The notes under the pieces: model-generated
What the model was told of the DNA's origin: nothing
The model's database searches: none
What the model saw: the letters and a program-made list of their open reading frames with translations, nothing else
Program-made: the position numbers and the translations under genes
In this document: positions 47,560 to 60,879 of the stretch, one piece after another
Layout of the letters: every line of letters begins with the position of its first letter
Numbering within the stretch: the first letter of the stretch is position 1
Assembly (NCBI RefSeq): GCF_030028105.1
Contig: NC_092379.1
Coordinates: 22,049,309-22,113,308, forward strand
Direction: 5' to 3'
Source of the DNA: Mobula birostris
Taxonomy: Eukaryota
DNA length: 64,000 nucleotides

Positions 47560-49600
47560 TGGACCCAGGATTGATCTTCAAAGATTTTGACACCCAGGAA
47601 CTTGAAACTGCTCAACCTTTCCACTGCTGATCCCTCAATGAAGACTGATGTGTGTTCCTATGACTTCCCCTTCCTGAAGTCTGCAATCAATTGCTTCGTC
47701 TTACCGACGTTGAAAGTAAGGTTGTTGTTGAAACGCCATGAACCCAACTGATCTATCCTGCTCTTGTATGCCTCCTCATCACCCTGAAACTCAGCCCACA
47801 ATAGCTCAACAGTAAATTTATAAATGCCACTTGAGTTCTACCTAGTCGCACCGTTGTGGGTGCAGAGAGAGTAGAGCAGTGGGTTAAGCACACATCCTTG
47901 ACGTGCTCCAGTGTTGATTGTCAGTGAGGAGGAGATGCTCATTCTGATCCACACTGACTGTGGTCTCCCAGTGAGGATGTCAATGATCCAGTTGTGGAGG
48001 GAGGTCTGGAGGCCCAGGTTTTGGAGTTTGTTGATTTGAACTGAGGTTATGATTGTGTTGAACACTGAGCTGTAATCAGTAAACAACATCCGGACGTTCA
48101 GCAGGTATTGTTATTGTCCAGGTGATCCAAGGCCGAGTGGAGAGCCAGTTAGATTCCATCTGCTGTAGACCTATTGTGGCAACAGGCAAATTGCAGGGGT
48201 CCAGGTCCTTGCTTAAGCAGGAGTTGATTCTGGCCGTGACCAACCTCTCAAAGCATTTCCTCACAGTAGATGTGGGTGCAACTGAGCGATGGTCATGGAG
48301 GCAGCTCACCCTGCTCTTCTTGGGCACTGGTATGATTCTCACTCTTTTGAAACAGATGGGAACCTCTGACTGCAGCAGTGAGATATTGAAGATGTTCCTG
48401 AACACTCCCACCAGTTGGTTGCACAGGTTTTCAATTCCGTACCAGGCACAGCATCAGAGCCTGATTCAGTGTGAGGATTCACCCTCTTGAAAGCTGCTCT
48501 GACATTGGCATCCGAGACAGAGATGACAGGGTCACCAGACACTGCAGGGATTTACCCACATGTAGTTTCATTCTCCATTTCAAAGTGTGCTTAAATGGCG
48601 TTGAGCTCATCTGGGAATGAAGCATCACTGCCATTCATGTTGTTTGGTTTCACCTTGTAGGAAGTAATGGCCTGAAAAGTCTGCCAGAGCTGAAGGGATC
48701 TGATTCCTTCTCTAAGTTCAATTGGAATTGTTCAAAGGTTCATTATTATCAAAGCCTGTATCCACATACAACTTGAAATTTGTGTTCTCCAGATAGCCAC
48801 AAAAAGACAGGCATCGGCGATGAAACTGTCGCTCACTTAATGGATGCTTTAAATGGCGAAATGGAGTCAATCGTCGGCTCACACGCTGTCTTGAAGTTTC
48901 ATTGCATCAAAGCCATCTGAGTACATACTCGGAATCTTTTTGGAGATAGCAAAGCACTGGATCACTGAAACAATATCCAATCTAAATCACAGTCTCGAAA
49001 TCTAACAGTCTGAGAAACATATTTAAGGAGAAAAACAGACGCAAAGGACCAGAAAAGGATATTTTTGTGAGCTATCTGGAAGACGTTGACTGAGGGAGCA
49101 TTGCACTCTGGCACCATCTTAACCAGTAGCCTACCGCAGTTCGTATCTGGGCTTCTTGTCCTATGTTGAGTCACCAGCCTAGACTGCCATAAATCGAGGC
49201 CTCAGCAGAGTACAAATCTCCAGGTCCATCCACAGCTTTTGGTTTGGGATATCCGGGATGTTCTCGAAGGGACACACTCATCCACACAGGTCTTGATGAA
49301 ATCAGTGACAACTGTGGCATATTCATCAGATTGGAAGAAAGGTCTCTGAATATTGTCTAGTTCACCAGCTCAAACTCCTGTAAGCGCACTTGTGACTTCC
49401 TTGACCATATCTTCTTGGTCCTTACTACCAGCACTGTGGTCTTTAGTCTCTGCCTATATGCTGGGAGTTGAAGTACAGCCAGGTGATTGGCCTCACCAAA
49501 GTGTGGCCATGTGCTGGCACGGTAACCGTTGTTGATGGTGGTATCACAGTGGTCAAGTGTTGGCTCCTCTGGTTCCACAGGAGATATGTTAGTGGTCATT
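47560..49600 (-). mobile_element. L2/Rex-Babar-type LINE ORF2 fragments
   Basis: Fragments [48 protein letters not shown]. Confidence 0.7.
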
Positions 49601-50476
49601 GTTCAGAGAGATCTTCAAGATGTCGTGGTTCAAATCCAGGTGTGCTATTTCGTGTCTACTGATCACAGTGCTCAGCTCTTCCAGTGACTGTCCGATGCTG
49701 GCCTGAGGTGGCTGCCCCCACACCATGCCTGGATCTGCTGTAGACTAATGGACTGAAATTGTTTGCAATCATTCATCAACAACTTCATTATCACTGTGTC
49801 ATGTGACAGGGGACTGAACCCAGCAGGATTTAATCGTGAGCAGTGCCCTGCAATGATCTTTGTCGGCCCTGCAACTATTCACTGATATTACTAATGATGT
49901 GGATGATGGGACACAAAGCCATGTCTATGGAACAAAGTGAGATCATTGACTGGGGCAGGCAAGTGACAGAGATGAAAAGAGAGATTTTTCATGAGGGATT
50001 CGAAAGTCAGTATCAGAATTTTCAATCTGGAGGAATCCCAGGATCAGTCTGAACAGATATGAGGCAGCTCATTGATTCAGGTCAATGTCACAAATGGATC
50101 TACAGACTCTCACCTGCACTGAGACAAGAAGATTGCAGGAAATGCTGTCTTTGATCAGAAACTGCATTTCTCATTGCAATTCACAGCTCCAATAGCACAT
50201 TTTATTGGCATTCTAGCAGCTAAATGTCATGTAGCTGGGCAAATGTCCCACAGTTCAAGCTGTGACCCAACTGGGTCCCGATGAAATAAGCTCCTTGATG
50301 TTTGATTTTGTTTTCTCAGTCAGAGGTTGTAAGCAGAGATGAGCAACCCACTCTGTAAACAAACCTGATTTCATTCCGTTGTACAATTCTGCACAGGATA
50401 AGTCTGAGCTGAAGTTGTCAAGCCAGCTGACGGCAGATATTGTCCAGTTTGTAAATTTTCTATTTCTAATCTACAG

Positions 50477-50779
50477 AGTTGTCTGTCTTTATCCAAAATC
50501 CCTCCATTGAAGAGATGTGGATCAACCAGACCGCTACTCTGGTGTGTATGATTGTGGGTGCTGATCTGAGCCAGGTCCAAATCCACTGGAAGGTGAATGA
50601 GAGGGAGAAAATCAAAGCAAATGTCACCAAAAAACTGAGAGAGGAAGGAACCCAAGACACAGTGATCAGCCAACTCCAGGCCAGTGTGGAGGAGTGGACC
50701 AGTGGGGTGGAGTACACTTGCTCTGCCCAACAACCTTCTGCAACCTCACCAGTATCAGCACGGACAAAAAGTACCAAAG
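50477..50779 (+). CDS. Duplicated CH3-like exon (CH3'/CH7)
   Basis: ELSVFIQNPSIEEMWINQTATLVC...HW...SVEEWTSGVEYTCSA...TK; open, same 303-nt length and phases as CH3. Confidence 0.92.
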
Positions 50780-50862
50780 GTGGGCAAGAGGTCAGCGATT
50801 AAAATGGACAACGTTGGTTACCTCAGTAAAAATGTTTGACATTTCCATTGTTTGCCCATCAG

Positions 50863-51186
50863 TTCCACTGGAGACAAAAGGTCCCAAAGTCAGACTGCTG
50901 CCACCGCCAGAGGGAGAGACCAAGATTGGGAACACGGTCACCCTCGAGTGTGTTGCTTCTGGATTCTACCCGGACCAAATAAACGTCACCTGGGAGAAAG
51001 GGGACTCTCTGATCTCTTCCAACACCAGTGTGAGACCAACTGCTCTGGAACAGGCAGGGACTTTCATTGCCAGCTACGTCCTGACTGTGAGCACAGAGGA
51101 GTGGAAGGAAGGCTCAGTTTTCAGATGCACAGTGTCTCATCCCCCCTCCAAGACCAGTGTCAGGCAGGATGTGAAAAACATTCAAG
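50863..51186 (+). CDS. Duplicated CH4-like exon (CH4'/CH8)
   Basis: VPLETKGPKVRLLPPPEGE...TLECVASGFYPDQINVTWEK...EEWKEGSVFRCTVSHPPS...NIQ; donor GTATGA at 51187. Confidence 0.92.
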
Positions 51187-53349
51187 GTATGATTCTGAGA
51201 TTCACTCCACTGTTGACATCCTCTGCCACAGTCACAACCCAGGGACAAGCAAGGTCAATAGGTAACGGCAAGTCTGGCATTGTTGTAGTTGTGTGAGTGG
51301 ATTAATAATGCAGAGGCAGAGAGTGGGAAAGAATCAGAATTCATCCAATGCTTTCAAAACTTAACTCTCTTCTAAACTACCAACACAAGGTCTGTCTGTC
51401 CATCAGTAAATACCCATCTGGGCCCCTCTGTCGCATCTCAGACAGATGTGCAAGAGTGTAGCATCCACTCAGTACTAGTACCAGGATCACTGACCTACAG
51501 TCTGTTCCCAAGCCTCAGGACAATGGCGTGAACACACAACCAGAGGTGACTGTGAAAGATTGTAGCTTTAGATTACAAACTATTTCACTGATGTTCTTTG
51601 GTGAAGGACCCTGGCCTTCCTACCCTGTTTACCCGTATCCATCAGTCTCACATCAAACTCTTCATTGCTCTCTGATGGACCTGCTGGAGCAGAGTAAGGA
51701 ATGCTGGCCTTGTCAGTGAGGGAATGATGAAATAATGACTGCAGGGTCAATGTTTCCACACCAACGTCTCAGAGACATGAAGCAAGTCTATCTGTCAGCA
51801 GAACTGGAGGAACTGAGTTCCACTGGAGCAGGCATTGTGGAATGTAACTGGACATCAGACAGTTGTTGAGTTCCAGTAAACCAGAGAGATGCACAGTACT
51901 CAGCCAGGCACAGAACTAGTGCTGAAGCAATGGTACAGAGTACACTTGTGATGCTATCTCAGTGTTATCCCTTTCTCTGTTCACAAGTGTTCTCTAACCC
52001 ACTGAACACTTTCCACAATTTATCTTTCATTTCCAAAAGTAAAAACTTCTACATTTTAGATGTGGAGAGATCACTAGTGGTGTAAACATTGGCCTCGATG
52101 GTGTAAGAACAGAATATTCCAGGAAAACATCATGCAAATGAAAAAGTCCATTCCCAATATGAACCCTCTGAAGTTACCCTTCCCCACCAGATGAGACGGA
52201 AAGAAGTTGGGTCACTGGGTTCTCTGCAGCAGAGATTCCCATGGACAGAGTGGCCAACAACTCCAGTTGTCAACCTTCAACTGATGGTTGATCCTCCAAC
52301 AGTGTGGTTTACGTCTCTGAAACAAGGAAGGTTACCTGCAAGTCCTTTCTCATTGGCTCAAAATGGAAATATATATTCCATGACTAAGTACATCAAAATA
52401 AATTACCAACATTTCTGAGATCCTGCGGATTTTGTTAAAACTTCCTTGTGTCAGGTCTGATCCTGTTGGAAACTTGTGTAGACTACTTGACAGGTTAAAA
52501 GTCAGCCTGTGTTTGTGTAATCAAAGTTCAATAACGAAGGTATGGAAAGCATTCGGCTGCCAGTGTTCCGTGCCGGTATGTTTTGGGATAAAATTGTGTG
52601 ACTTAAACCTGAGGGGCTGGAAGTGTTGCCTGGTTGGTTCTGTCCTTCATTGTACAGACAGACAGACAGACATTCAAGTAGATTTTGGTAAATGTGTACT
52701 ATCGTTTCCACTGTGCAAATGATAGAAAATTTTGGATTGGTCCACAATTTCAAAGTTTAATAGACAGGGAAAGGTATTTTATCAACTGTGTGAAGACAAT
52801 TGGTGAACTCATTCAGAAAGTGGAGAGTTACAGAAAGAAGGGACAATATGTAGACAGTGATGTCCTCTGACCTGCAGCAATGTGTTCAGTGATGACACTA
52901 TTCACTAGATTTATTCATGGTTTAGATATTGGGTAGAAACACAGATGACTAATTTTTGCCACTCACACAAGGCTGGCAGACCTGTCAGCATCTGGAAAGC
53001 TTTAACTACAGAGATAATAATCGATGAAATGAATAGGCAGGAACCAACTCCAGGTCTTTGGACAAACTGTCTTGGAGGGACTGCTGAACATACATGCACA
53101 CCCCAGAGCAAATTACAAGTTGGGATGATGGTTAATGAACATTAAGTGAAGACCTGGTCAATATTTTTAGCAGAGCGAACATAGTTGATTCAGAGAAACT
53201 AGTTCATTTAGTTCTGTCCAGGGGCTCACAGGTTACAAATGACATGCTGTGAAGAAACAAGTCATCAAGTTTACTCAACTTTATTGCCATGTTGATCTTC
53301 AAGAAACAACGACAAGAAACTAACCTTCTCACTTTCTCTATTCTTTCAG

Positions 53350-53492
53350 AAACCTGCACAGACTTGACAGGAGAGGAGGGGAAGGAAGAACAGGGACACG
53401 TGGATGGAGATGACAATGTGCTTACAGTTGTTGCCTTTGTCATTCTGTTCATCATCAGTTTCCTCTACAGCACCTTAGTCACCGTTGTCAAG
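53350..53492 (+). CDS. Ig heavy-chain transmembrane exon (TM1)
   Basis: Acceptor TTCTTTCAG. ETCTDLTGEEGKEEQGHVDGDDN-VLTVVAFVILFIISFLYSTLVTVVK has an acidic spacer plus the Ig-type F..S.LYST motif; possible donor GTAACT at 53493. Confidence 0.92.
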
Positions 53493-53639
53493 GTAACTAA
53501 TTGACTAACAGAGACATCCCATGAAACACAAACTTTCAGCTTCCTTATCTCACATTGCATTCTCTGACACTGCAATCCCAACGACAGCACAATCAACAGA
53601 CAACGCAGTCTGAGGCCTTCACAACCCCTGGGACTTTAC

Positions 53640-56600
53640 ACCTTTCCTCTTTACTCCGAGCCTCTGGGCCTTGATAAGCAGAAGTTATGACCTGTACAAA
53701 AGGGATAGGTTACACCTGAATCCACAGGGGACAAATATCCTTGCAGACAGGTTTGCTGGAGCTGTTCAGAAGAGATTAAACAAATCTGGCAGGGGGATGG
53801 GAAATGAAGTGATAGGGATGAGGATCAAATCGTTATGTTTACAAACAGGAGCAGTGTGTAGTGAGACTGCTACTAAGAAGAAGCTGATGATCAGGTAAAA
53901 TTACAGTTAACAGGATGAGTTGCAATGTAAAAGAGGACGCAAATTTAAAATGTGATGAATACAGGACTGAAGGTGTTATATTTGAATGCACGCAGGGTAT
54001 GGAATAAACTCGATGAACTTGAAGCCCAGCTACATATTGACTTTCTGGGCATCACCGAATTGTGGCTGAAAGATTATAGCTGTGAGCTTAATTTCAAAGG
54101 ATACACATTGTATCGAGAGGACAGGGAGGTAGGCAGAAGGCGTGGTGTGGCAGTATTGGTAAAAAATTAAATTAAATCATTAGAAAGAGGTGACACAGGA
54201 TCGGAAGGTGTAGAATCGTTCTGGGTAGAGCTCAGAATCTGGAAGAGTGAAAGACCCTGATGGGAGTTATATACAGACCTGCAAACAGTATAGCAAAGAT
54301 GTGGTCTACAAATTACAACCGCGGACAGAAAGTGCATGTCAAAAGTGCAATGTTGAGATAGTCATCGTGAATTTCAATATTCACGTTGATTGAACTGGAG
54401 TGGAACCAATATCCTGGCTTTGCTGATGCTACTTGGGAGAGTTTAAGCTCGTCTTGCAGGGGCTGAGAGCCAGAACCCCAGGTCAGTAGGGGAAGGACCT
54501 GACCAGAAGTTAGATGTCAGGAAAGGTATTGAAAGGCTACTTCCTTCAGAACCCGAGGGTACATTCCATCAGGTCCAGGAGATTTATCCAACCTCAGACC
54601 ATTCAGCTTCCTGAGCACCTTCTCAGTCGTAATTTTCACTGCATCTACTTGTCCAATATACTGCATATGTCTTTTCTTTCTCCTGCTGTAATTTTTAATC
54701 CACATCCTGGCTGCTGTTTGGAGGCCTGTCTACAACTGCCACTGGGTTCCTTTTACCCTTGCCATTCCTTAACTCAACCCGTAGAGACTCTACACCTTCC
54801 GATTCTATGTCACCCCTTTCTAATGACTTAATATTATTTCTTATGAACAGGGCCGCACCACCCCTTCTGCCTACTAACCTATCTTTCCGATACACCATAT
54901 ATCCTTGGACGTTCAGCTCCCAATGGCAGCCATCCTTTAGCCAAGATGAAATTAGAGCATGGATCAGTTTGTGGAACTACAATCTTATAGACATTTCAGA
55001 AACCTGGTCAAGAGAGGGGCAGGAATGGGTGATTAATGTACCAGGTTCTTTAAGGAGGGTGCAATCACACTAATGGGATTGTACTGCAGACCCCTTAAAA
55101 GCCACCAGGACATTGAGGAATGGATATGTAATTAGGTTCACCAAAAGTATAAAAATAATATTTTTGTTGTCGTCATGGAGGGTTTCAACTTCCCTAATAT
55201 CAACTGGGACTATCTTAGTGTATGTGCGTCCAGGAAGGTTTCTTAAATCAGTATGTGCACAGTCCAATGAAAGGAGGGGGCCATTCTGTTACAGGTGTTG
55301 GGGAATGAGCCTGGCCAGGTGACTGACCTTTCAGTGGGTGAACAGTAAGGGAACAAGGGCATTCAGCAGGAACTAAGAAGAGTTAATTGGAAACACCTTT
55401 TCTCTGGCAAGTCCACATCAGACATGTGGAGTGTGTTTAAAGAGCAATTGCGCAGAATGCAGGAAAGGTATGTTCCTGTCAGAAGGAAGGATGGGCATGG
55501 AAAGATAAGGGAACCCTGCATGTCCAGAGAAGTGATGAATTTAGTCAAGAAAAAAAGATAAAGTTTGTAGGGCTTCAGAAGGTTGAATCAAACAAAGCAC
55601 ATGAGGGGTATAAAGAAGCCAGAAAGGAACTAAAGGGAATTAGGGAATTAGGAAAGCCAGGAGAGGCCATGAAAAGTCCTTGATAAGTTGGATTAAGGAG
55701 AATCCCAAGGCGTTTTATACATACATCAAGACCAAGAGGATAACTCAGGAGATGGTGGGACAACTCAATGATAAAGGGGGGAACATTTGCTTGGATGCAG
55801 AGAATGTGAGTGAGGAACTTAATAAGTTCTTTGCTTCAGTATTTACAAAGGGAAAAGATGTGGAGGACCAGAAGAACAGTGCTGAGTGTGTAAATAAATT
55901 AGGGAATTTAGAGGTAAAGGCAGAGGAAGTGTTGGGCCTCCAAAAAAGGATTAAGATGGATAAGTCCTCAGGACTAATGTTACATAGAAACTTAGAAAAC
56001 TTACAGCACAATACAGGCCCTGTGGCCCACAATGCTGTGCCGAACATGTTCTTACTTTAGAAATTACGTAGGTTACCCAGAGCCCTCTATTTTTCTAAGA
56101 TCCATGGACCTATCCAGCAGCCTCTTAAAAGACCTTATTGTATCCGCCTTCACCTCCATCGTCGGCAGCCTATTCCACACACTCACCACTCTCTGTGTAA
56201 AAACTTACCCCTGACATCTCCTCTGACCTTAAAACTGTGCCCTCTCTTGTTAACCATTTCAGTTCTGGGGAAAAGCCTCTGACTATCCACACAATTAATG
56301 TCTCTCATCATCTTGTACACCTCTATCAGGTCACCTCTCATCCTTCGTCACTCCAAGGAGAAAAGGCTAAATTTGCTAAACCTATTCTCGTAAGGCGTGC
56401 TCCCCAATCCAGGCAACATCCTTGTAAATTACCTCTGCACCCTTTCTATATTTTCCACATCCTTCCTCTAGTGAGGTGACCAGAACTGAGCACAGTACTC
56501 TGTGGGGTCTGAGCACGGTCCTATACAGCTGCAACATTATCTCTCAGCTCTTGAACTCAATCCCACAGATGATGAAGGCCAACGTACCATATGCCTTCTT

Positions 56601-59600
56601 AACCACACTGTCAACCTGTGTCGCAGCTTTGAGTGTCCTGTGGACATGGAGCCCAAGATTCCTCTGATCCTCCACACTGCCAAGAGTCTTACTATTAATA
56701 CTATATTCTGCCATGATACTTGACCTACCAAAATAAACCAGCTCACACTTACCGGGGTTTAACTCCAACTGCCACTTCTCAGCCCAGTTTTACATCCTAT
56801 TGATGTCCTGCTGTAAACTCTGACAGCCCTCCACACTATCCACAACACCCCCAACCTTTGTGTCATCAGCAAATTTACTAACCCATCCCTCATCCAAGTC
56901 ATTTATAAAAATCACGAAGAGATGAGGTCCCAGATGAGGCACACCACCGGTCACCAACCTCCATACAGAATATGACCTGTCTAAACAACCCTCTGCCTTC
57001 TGTGGGCAAGCCAGTTCTAGATCCACAAAGCAAGGTCCCCTTGGATACCATGCCACCTTACCTTCTCAGTAAGCCTTGCGTGGGGTACTTTATCAAATGC
57101 CTCGCTGAAATCCATAGAGTCTAATGTTGTACCTCTACTTAAGAAGGGAACAAGGCAAAATCCTGTGAACTATAGACTGGTGAGTCTCACGTAAATTGAA
57201 GGGAAATTGCTAAGGAAAAATCTTGGAGAAAGATTATCTGAGTATTTGGAAACCCAAGGCCTAAGAAGGGAGAGCTAGCACGACTTTCTGTGGCACAAGT
57301 TGTGCATTACCAACTTAATTGGGTTTTTTGACAAGCTGCCAAGCCAGATTGATGAAGGCAAGGCAGTGGATACTGTCCACATGGATTTTAACAAGGCATT
57401 TGACGAAGTCCCCCATGGGAGGCTAATCCAGAAGATTAAGATGCATGGGATACGTGGTAAATTATAAAAATAAAAGAGAGGAAGTATAACATAGCAAGGA
57501 TGAGTGGGAAGCCATAGCATTGGGAGACTTTTAAGGAGCAACAGAAGATAACTAAAAAGGCAATATGGGGGGAAAAGATGAGATACGAAGGTAAACTAGC
57601 CAAAAATATAAAGGAGGATAGTCATAGCTTCTTTAGGTATGTGAAGAGGGAAAAAATAGTTAAGACCAAAGTTGAGCCCTTGAAGGCAGAAATGGGGAAA
57701 TTATTATGAGGAACAAGGAAATGGCAGACGAGCTGAACAGGTGGTTTGGATCTGTCTTCACTAGGGAAGTTACGAACAATCTCCCAGATGTAATAGTGGC
57801 CAGAGGACCTAGGGTAACAGAGGAACCGAGGGAAATTCATATCAGGCACAAAATGGTGTTGAGTAAACTGATCGGACTGAAGGTTGATAAATCCCCAGGG
57901 CCTGATGGTCTGCATCCCAGGGTACTTAAGGAGGTGGCTCTCGAAATCGTGGATGCATTGGTAATTATTTTCCAATGTTCTATAGATTCAGGATCAGTTC
58001 TTACAAATTGGAGGGTAGCTAATGTTATCCCACCTTTTAAAGAAGGAGAGAGAGAGAAGACAAGCAATTGTAGACCAGTTAGTCTGACATCAGTGGTGGG
58101 GAAGATACTGGAATCAATTATAAAAGATGTAATAGTGACATATTTGGATAGCAGTGGCAGGATAGGTCCAAGTCAGCATAGATTTATGAAGAGGAAATCA
58201 TGCTTGAGAACGTGACTATGAAAATGGATATGGGAAAGCCAGTGGATGTAGTGTACCTGGACTTTCAGAAAGCCTTTGATAAGGTCCCACATAGGAGGTT
58301 AGTGTGCAAAATTAGAGCAAATGGTATTGGGGATAGGGTACTGACATGGATAGAAAATTGGTTGGCAGACAGGAAACAAAGAGCAGAGATTAATAGGTCT
58401 TTTTCAGAATGTCAGGCAGTGACAAGTGGGGTACCGCAAGGCTCGGTGCTGGGACCGCAGCTATTTACAATATACATTAATGATTTAGATGAAGGGATTA
58501 AAAGTAACATTAGCAAATTTGCAGATGACACAAAGCTGGCTGGCAGTGTGAAATGTGAGGAGGGTGTTATGAGAATGCAGGGTGACTTGGACAGCTTGGG
58601 TGAGTGGGCAGATGCATGGCAGGTGCAGTTTAATGTGGATAAATGTGAGGTTATCCACTTTGGTGGCAAGAACAGGAAGGCAGATTACTATCTGAATGGT
58701 GTCAAGTTAGGAAAAGGGGAAGTCCTTGTTCATCAGTCACTGAAAGTAAGCGTGCAGGTACAGCAGGCAGTGAAGAAAGCTAATGGCATGCTGGCCTTCA
58801 TAACAAGGGGAATTGAGTATAGGAGCAAGGAGGTCCTTCTGCAGTTGTACAGGGCCCTGGTGAGACCACACCTGGAGTACTGTGTGCAGTTTTCCTCTCC
58901 AAATTTGAGGAAGGACATACTTGCTATTGAGGGAGTGCAGCGTAGGTTCACGAGGTTAATTCCTGGGTTGGCGGTACTGTCATATGTTGAAAGACTGGAG
59001 CGACTGGGGTTGTATACACTGGAATTTAGAAGGATGAGGGGGGGATTTGATTGAAACATGTAAGATTATTAAGGGATTGGACACGCTAGAGGCAGGAAGC
59101 ATGTTCCCCATGTTGGGGGAGTCCAGAGCCAGAGGCCACAGTTTAAGAATAAGGGGTAGACAATTTAGAATGTTGAGGAAAAACTTCTTCACACAGAGAG
59201 CTGTGGTTCTGTGGAATGCTCTGCCTCAGAAGACAGTGGAGGCCAATTCTCTGGATTCTTTCAAAAAAGAGTTAGATAGAGCTCTTAAAGATAGTGGAGT
59301 GAAGGGATATGGGGAGAAGGCAGGAAAAGGGTACTGATTGTGGATGATCAGCCATGATCACAGTGAATGGTGATGCTGGCTCAAAGGGCTGAATGGCCTA
59401 CTCCTGCACCTGTTGTCTGTTGTCTATTGTCTAATCATCTTTTTGGATTCAGAACTGGCTTACACATAAAAGAGAGTGGCTAGTGGTTGAAGGGACATGT
59501 TCAACCTGGAGGGCTGTGATTAGTGGAGTTCCATAGGTGTCTGTACTGGGACTATCGTTGTTTGTAATGTATATAAATGATCTGGATGAAAGTGTAGATA

Positions 59601-60700
59601 GGTTGGTTGGTAAATTTGTGCATGATTCCAAGGCTGGTGGAGTTGTGGATAGGGCAGAAGACACTGAGAGGAGCAGGCCAAAATTGATTGGAAGGGGACA
59701 CTTGCAGGGATGATGGCAGGGCTGCAATGGCTGGTGATTCTGAGTGCAAATCAGAAGGCGCAAGATAGATGCATCCCAAAGAAGAAATATTCTAAAGGTG
59801 GGATGACGCCAGGCGGTAACTATGGAAAAGAGTAAACAAACAATATCTTGGGCCAAGAGCCTTCATCAGACTGAAACATTGATGATTGACTCTTTTTCAC
59901 AGATGCTGCCAGGTCTGCTGAGCTCCTTCAGCATTTTATGTGTGTTAGAAGCCATGGTATTCCAGGAAAGACACTGGCATGGATGGAACACTGGCTGATT
60001 GGCAGGAGGCAAAGAAAAGAGGGTCTTTTCTGGTTAGCTGCCAGTGAATAGTGTGCTCCACAAGGGTCTGTGTTGCAACTGCTTCTTTTCATGTCAATTG
60101 TCAATAATTTGGATAATGGCATTGATGGCTTTTATGTCCAAGTTTGCAGATGATACAAAGAGAGGTGGAGGGGAAGGCAGAGTTGAGGAAGCAGAGAGGC
60201 TACAGAAATACTAAGAAATATCAGAAGAATGGTCGAAGAAGTGGCAGATATGAGGAGGTGATAGACAGGGGCTACAGGGAGGAGATCACCCCAAGGTTGC
60301 AGGAGACAGGTGTCTGGGTGACTGTCAGGAGAAGGAGGGCAAATGTACAAGAAGTGCAGAGAACACCTGTGGCTGTTCCCCTCAATAATAAATCTATAAA
60401 TTTATATAATATTGAAGGGGAGCCAGAGTGACTGGGTCTCTGGCACTGAGTCAGGTGATGTGGCTCAGAAGAGGAGAGAGGCGAAGAGGAATGCAGTGAT
60501 GATAGGAGATTCCTCAGACAGAGGATCAGGATGAGGTTCTGTGGGTGCGATACTGACACACAGATGGTATGCTGCATCCCTGCTGTCAGGATCAGGGATA
60601 TCACAGATTGTGTCCATGGCATTCTCAATGGCGAGCATGAACAGCCAGAAGTCTTTGTTATGAGACACTCCCAACTGCACCAGATTCCGGGAGTATGGAT
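53640..60700. mobile_element. Nested cluster of CR1-type LINE fragments in both orientations, including a long RT remnant (57500-59430, +)
   Basis: ORFs 57706..58215 (KSPGPDGLHPRVLKE), 58200..59054 (YLDFQKAFDKVPH, GVPQGSVLGP, FADDTK) and 59047..59337; minus-strand fragments at 54500-54950 and 56000-57100. Confidence 0.88.
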
Positions 60701-60879
60701 AGCTGGCACGGCCCCTTGAAGGGATCAGGACGGTCCTGCTAATTGATAATCATGTTTGTGTGCCAAGAATTGAGTATTGAAGGAACAACTGAACAGAAGT
60801 TCAGCGCTCAATCGTAAGCTGCTTTGTGCTATCATCCAGCTTAGTATTGTGCTCAGCTCTGATTTGATACCCTGACTAG

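Noticed and set aside
47536-52139. Octamer ATGCAAAT matches at 47536 and 52132 as an Ig enhancer
   Set aside because: Isolated 8-mers are expected by chance in 64 kb; no clustering with other enhancer motifs was evident.
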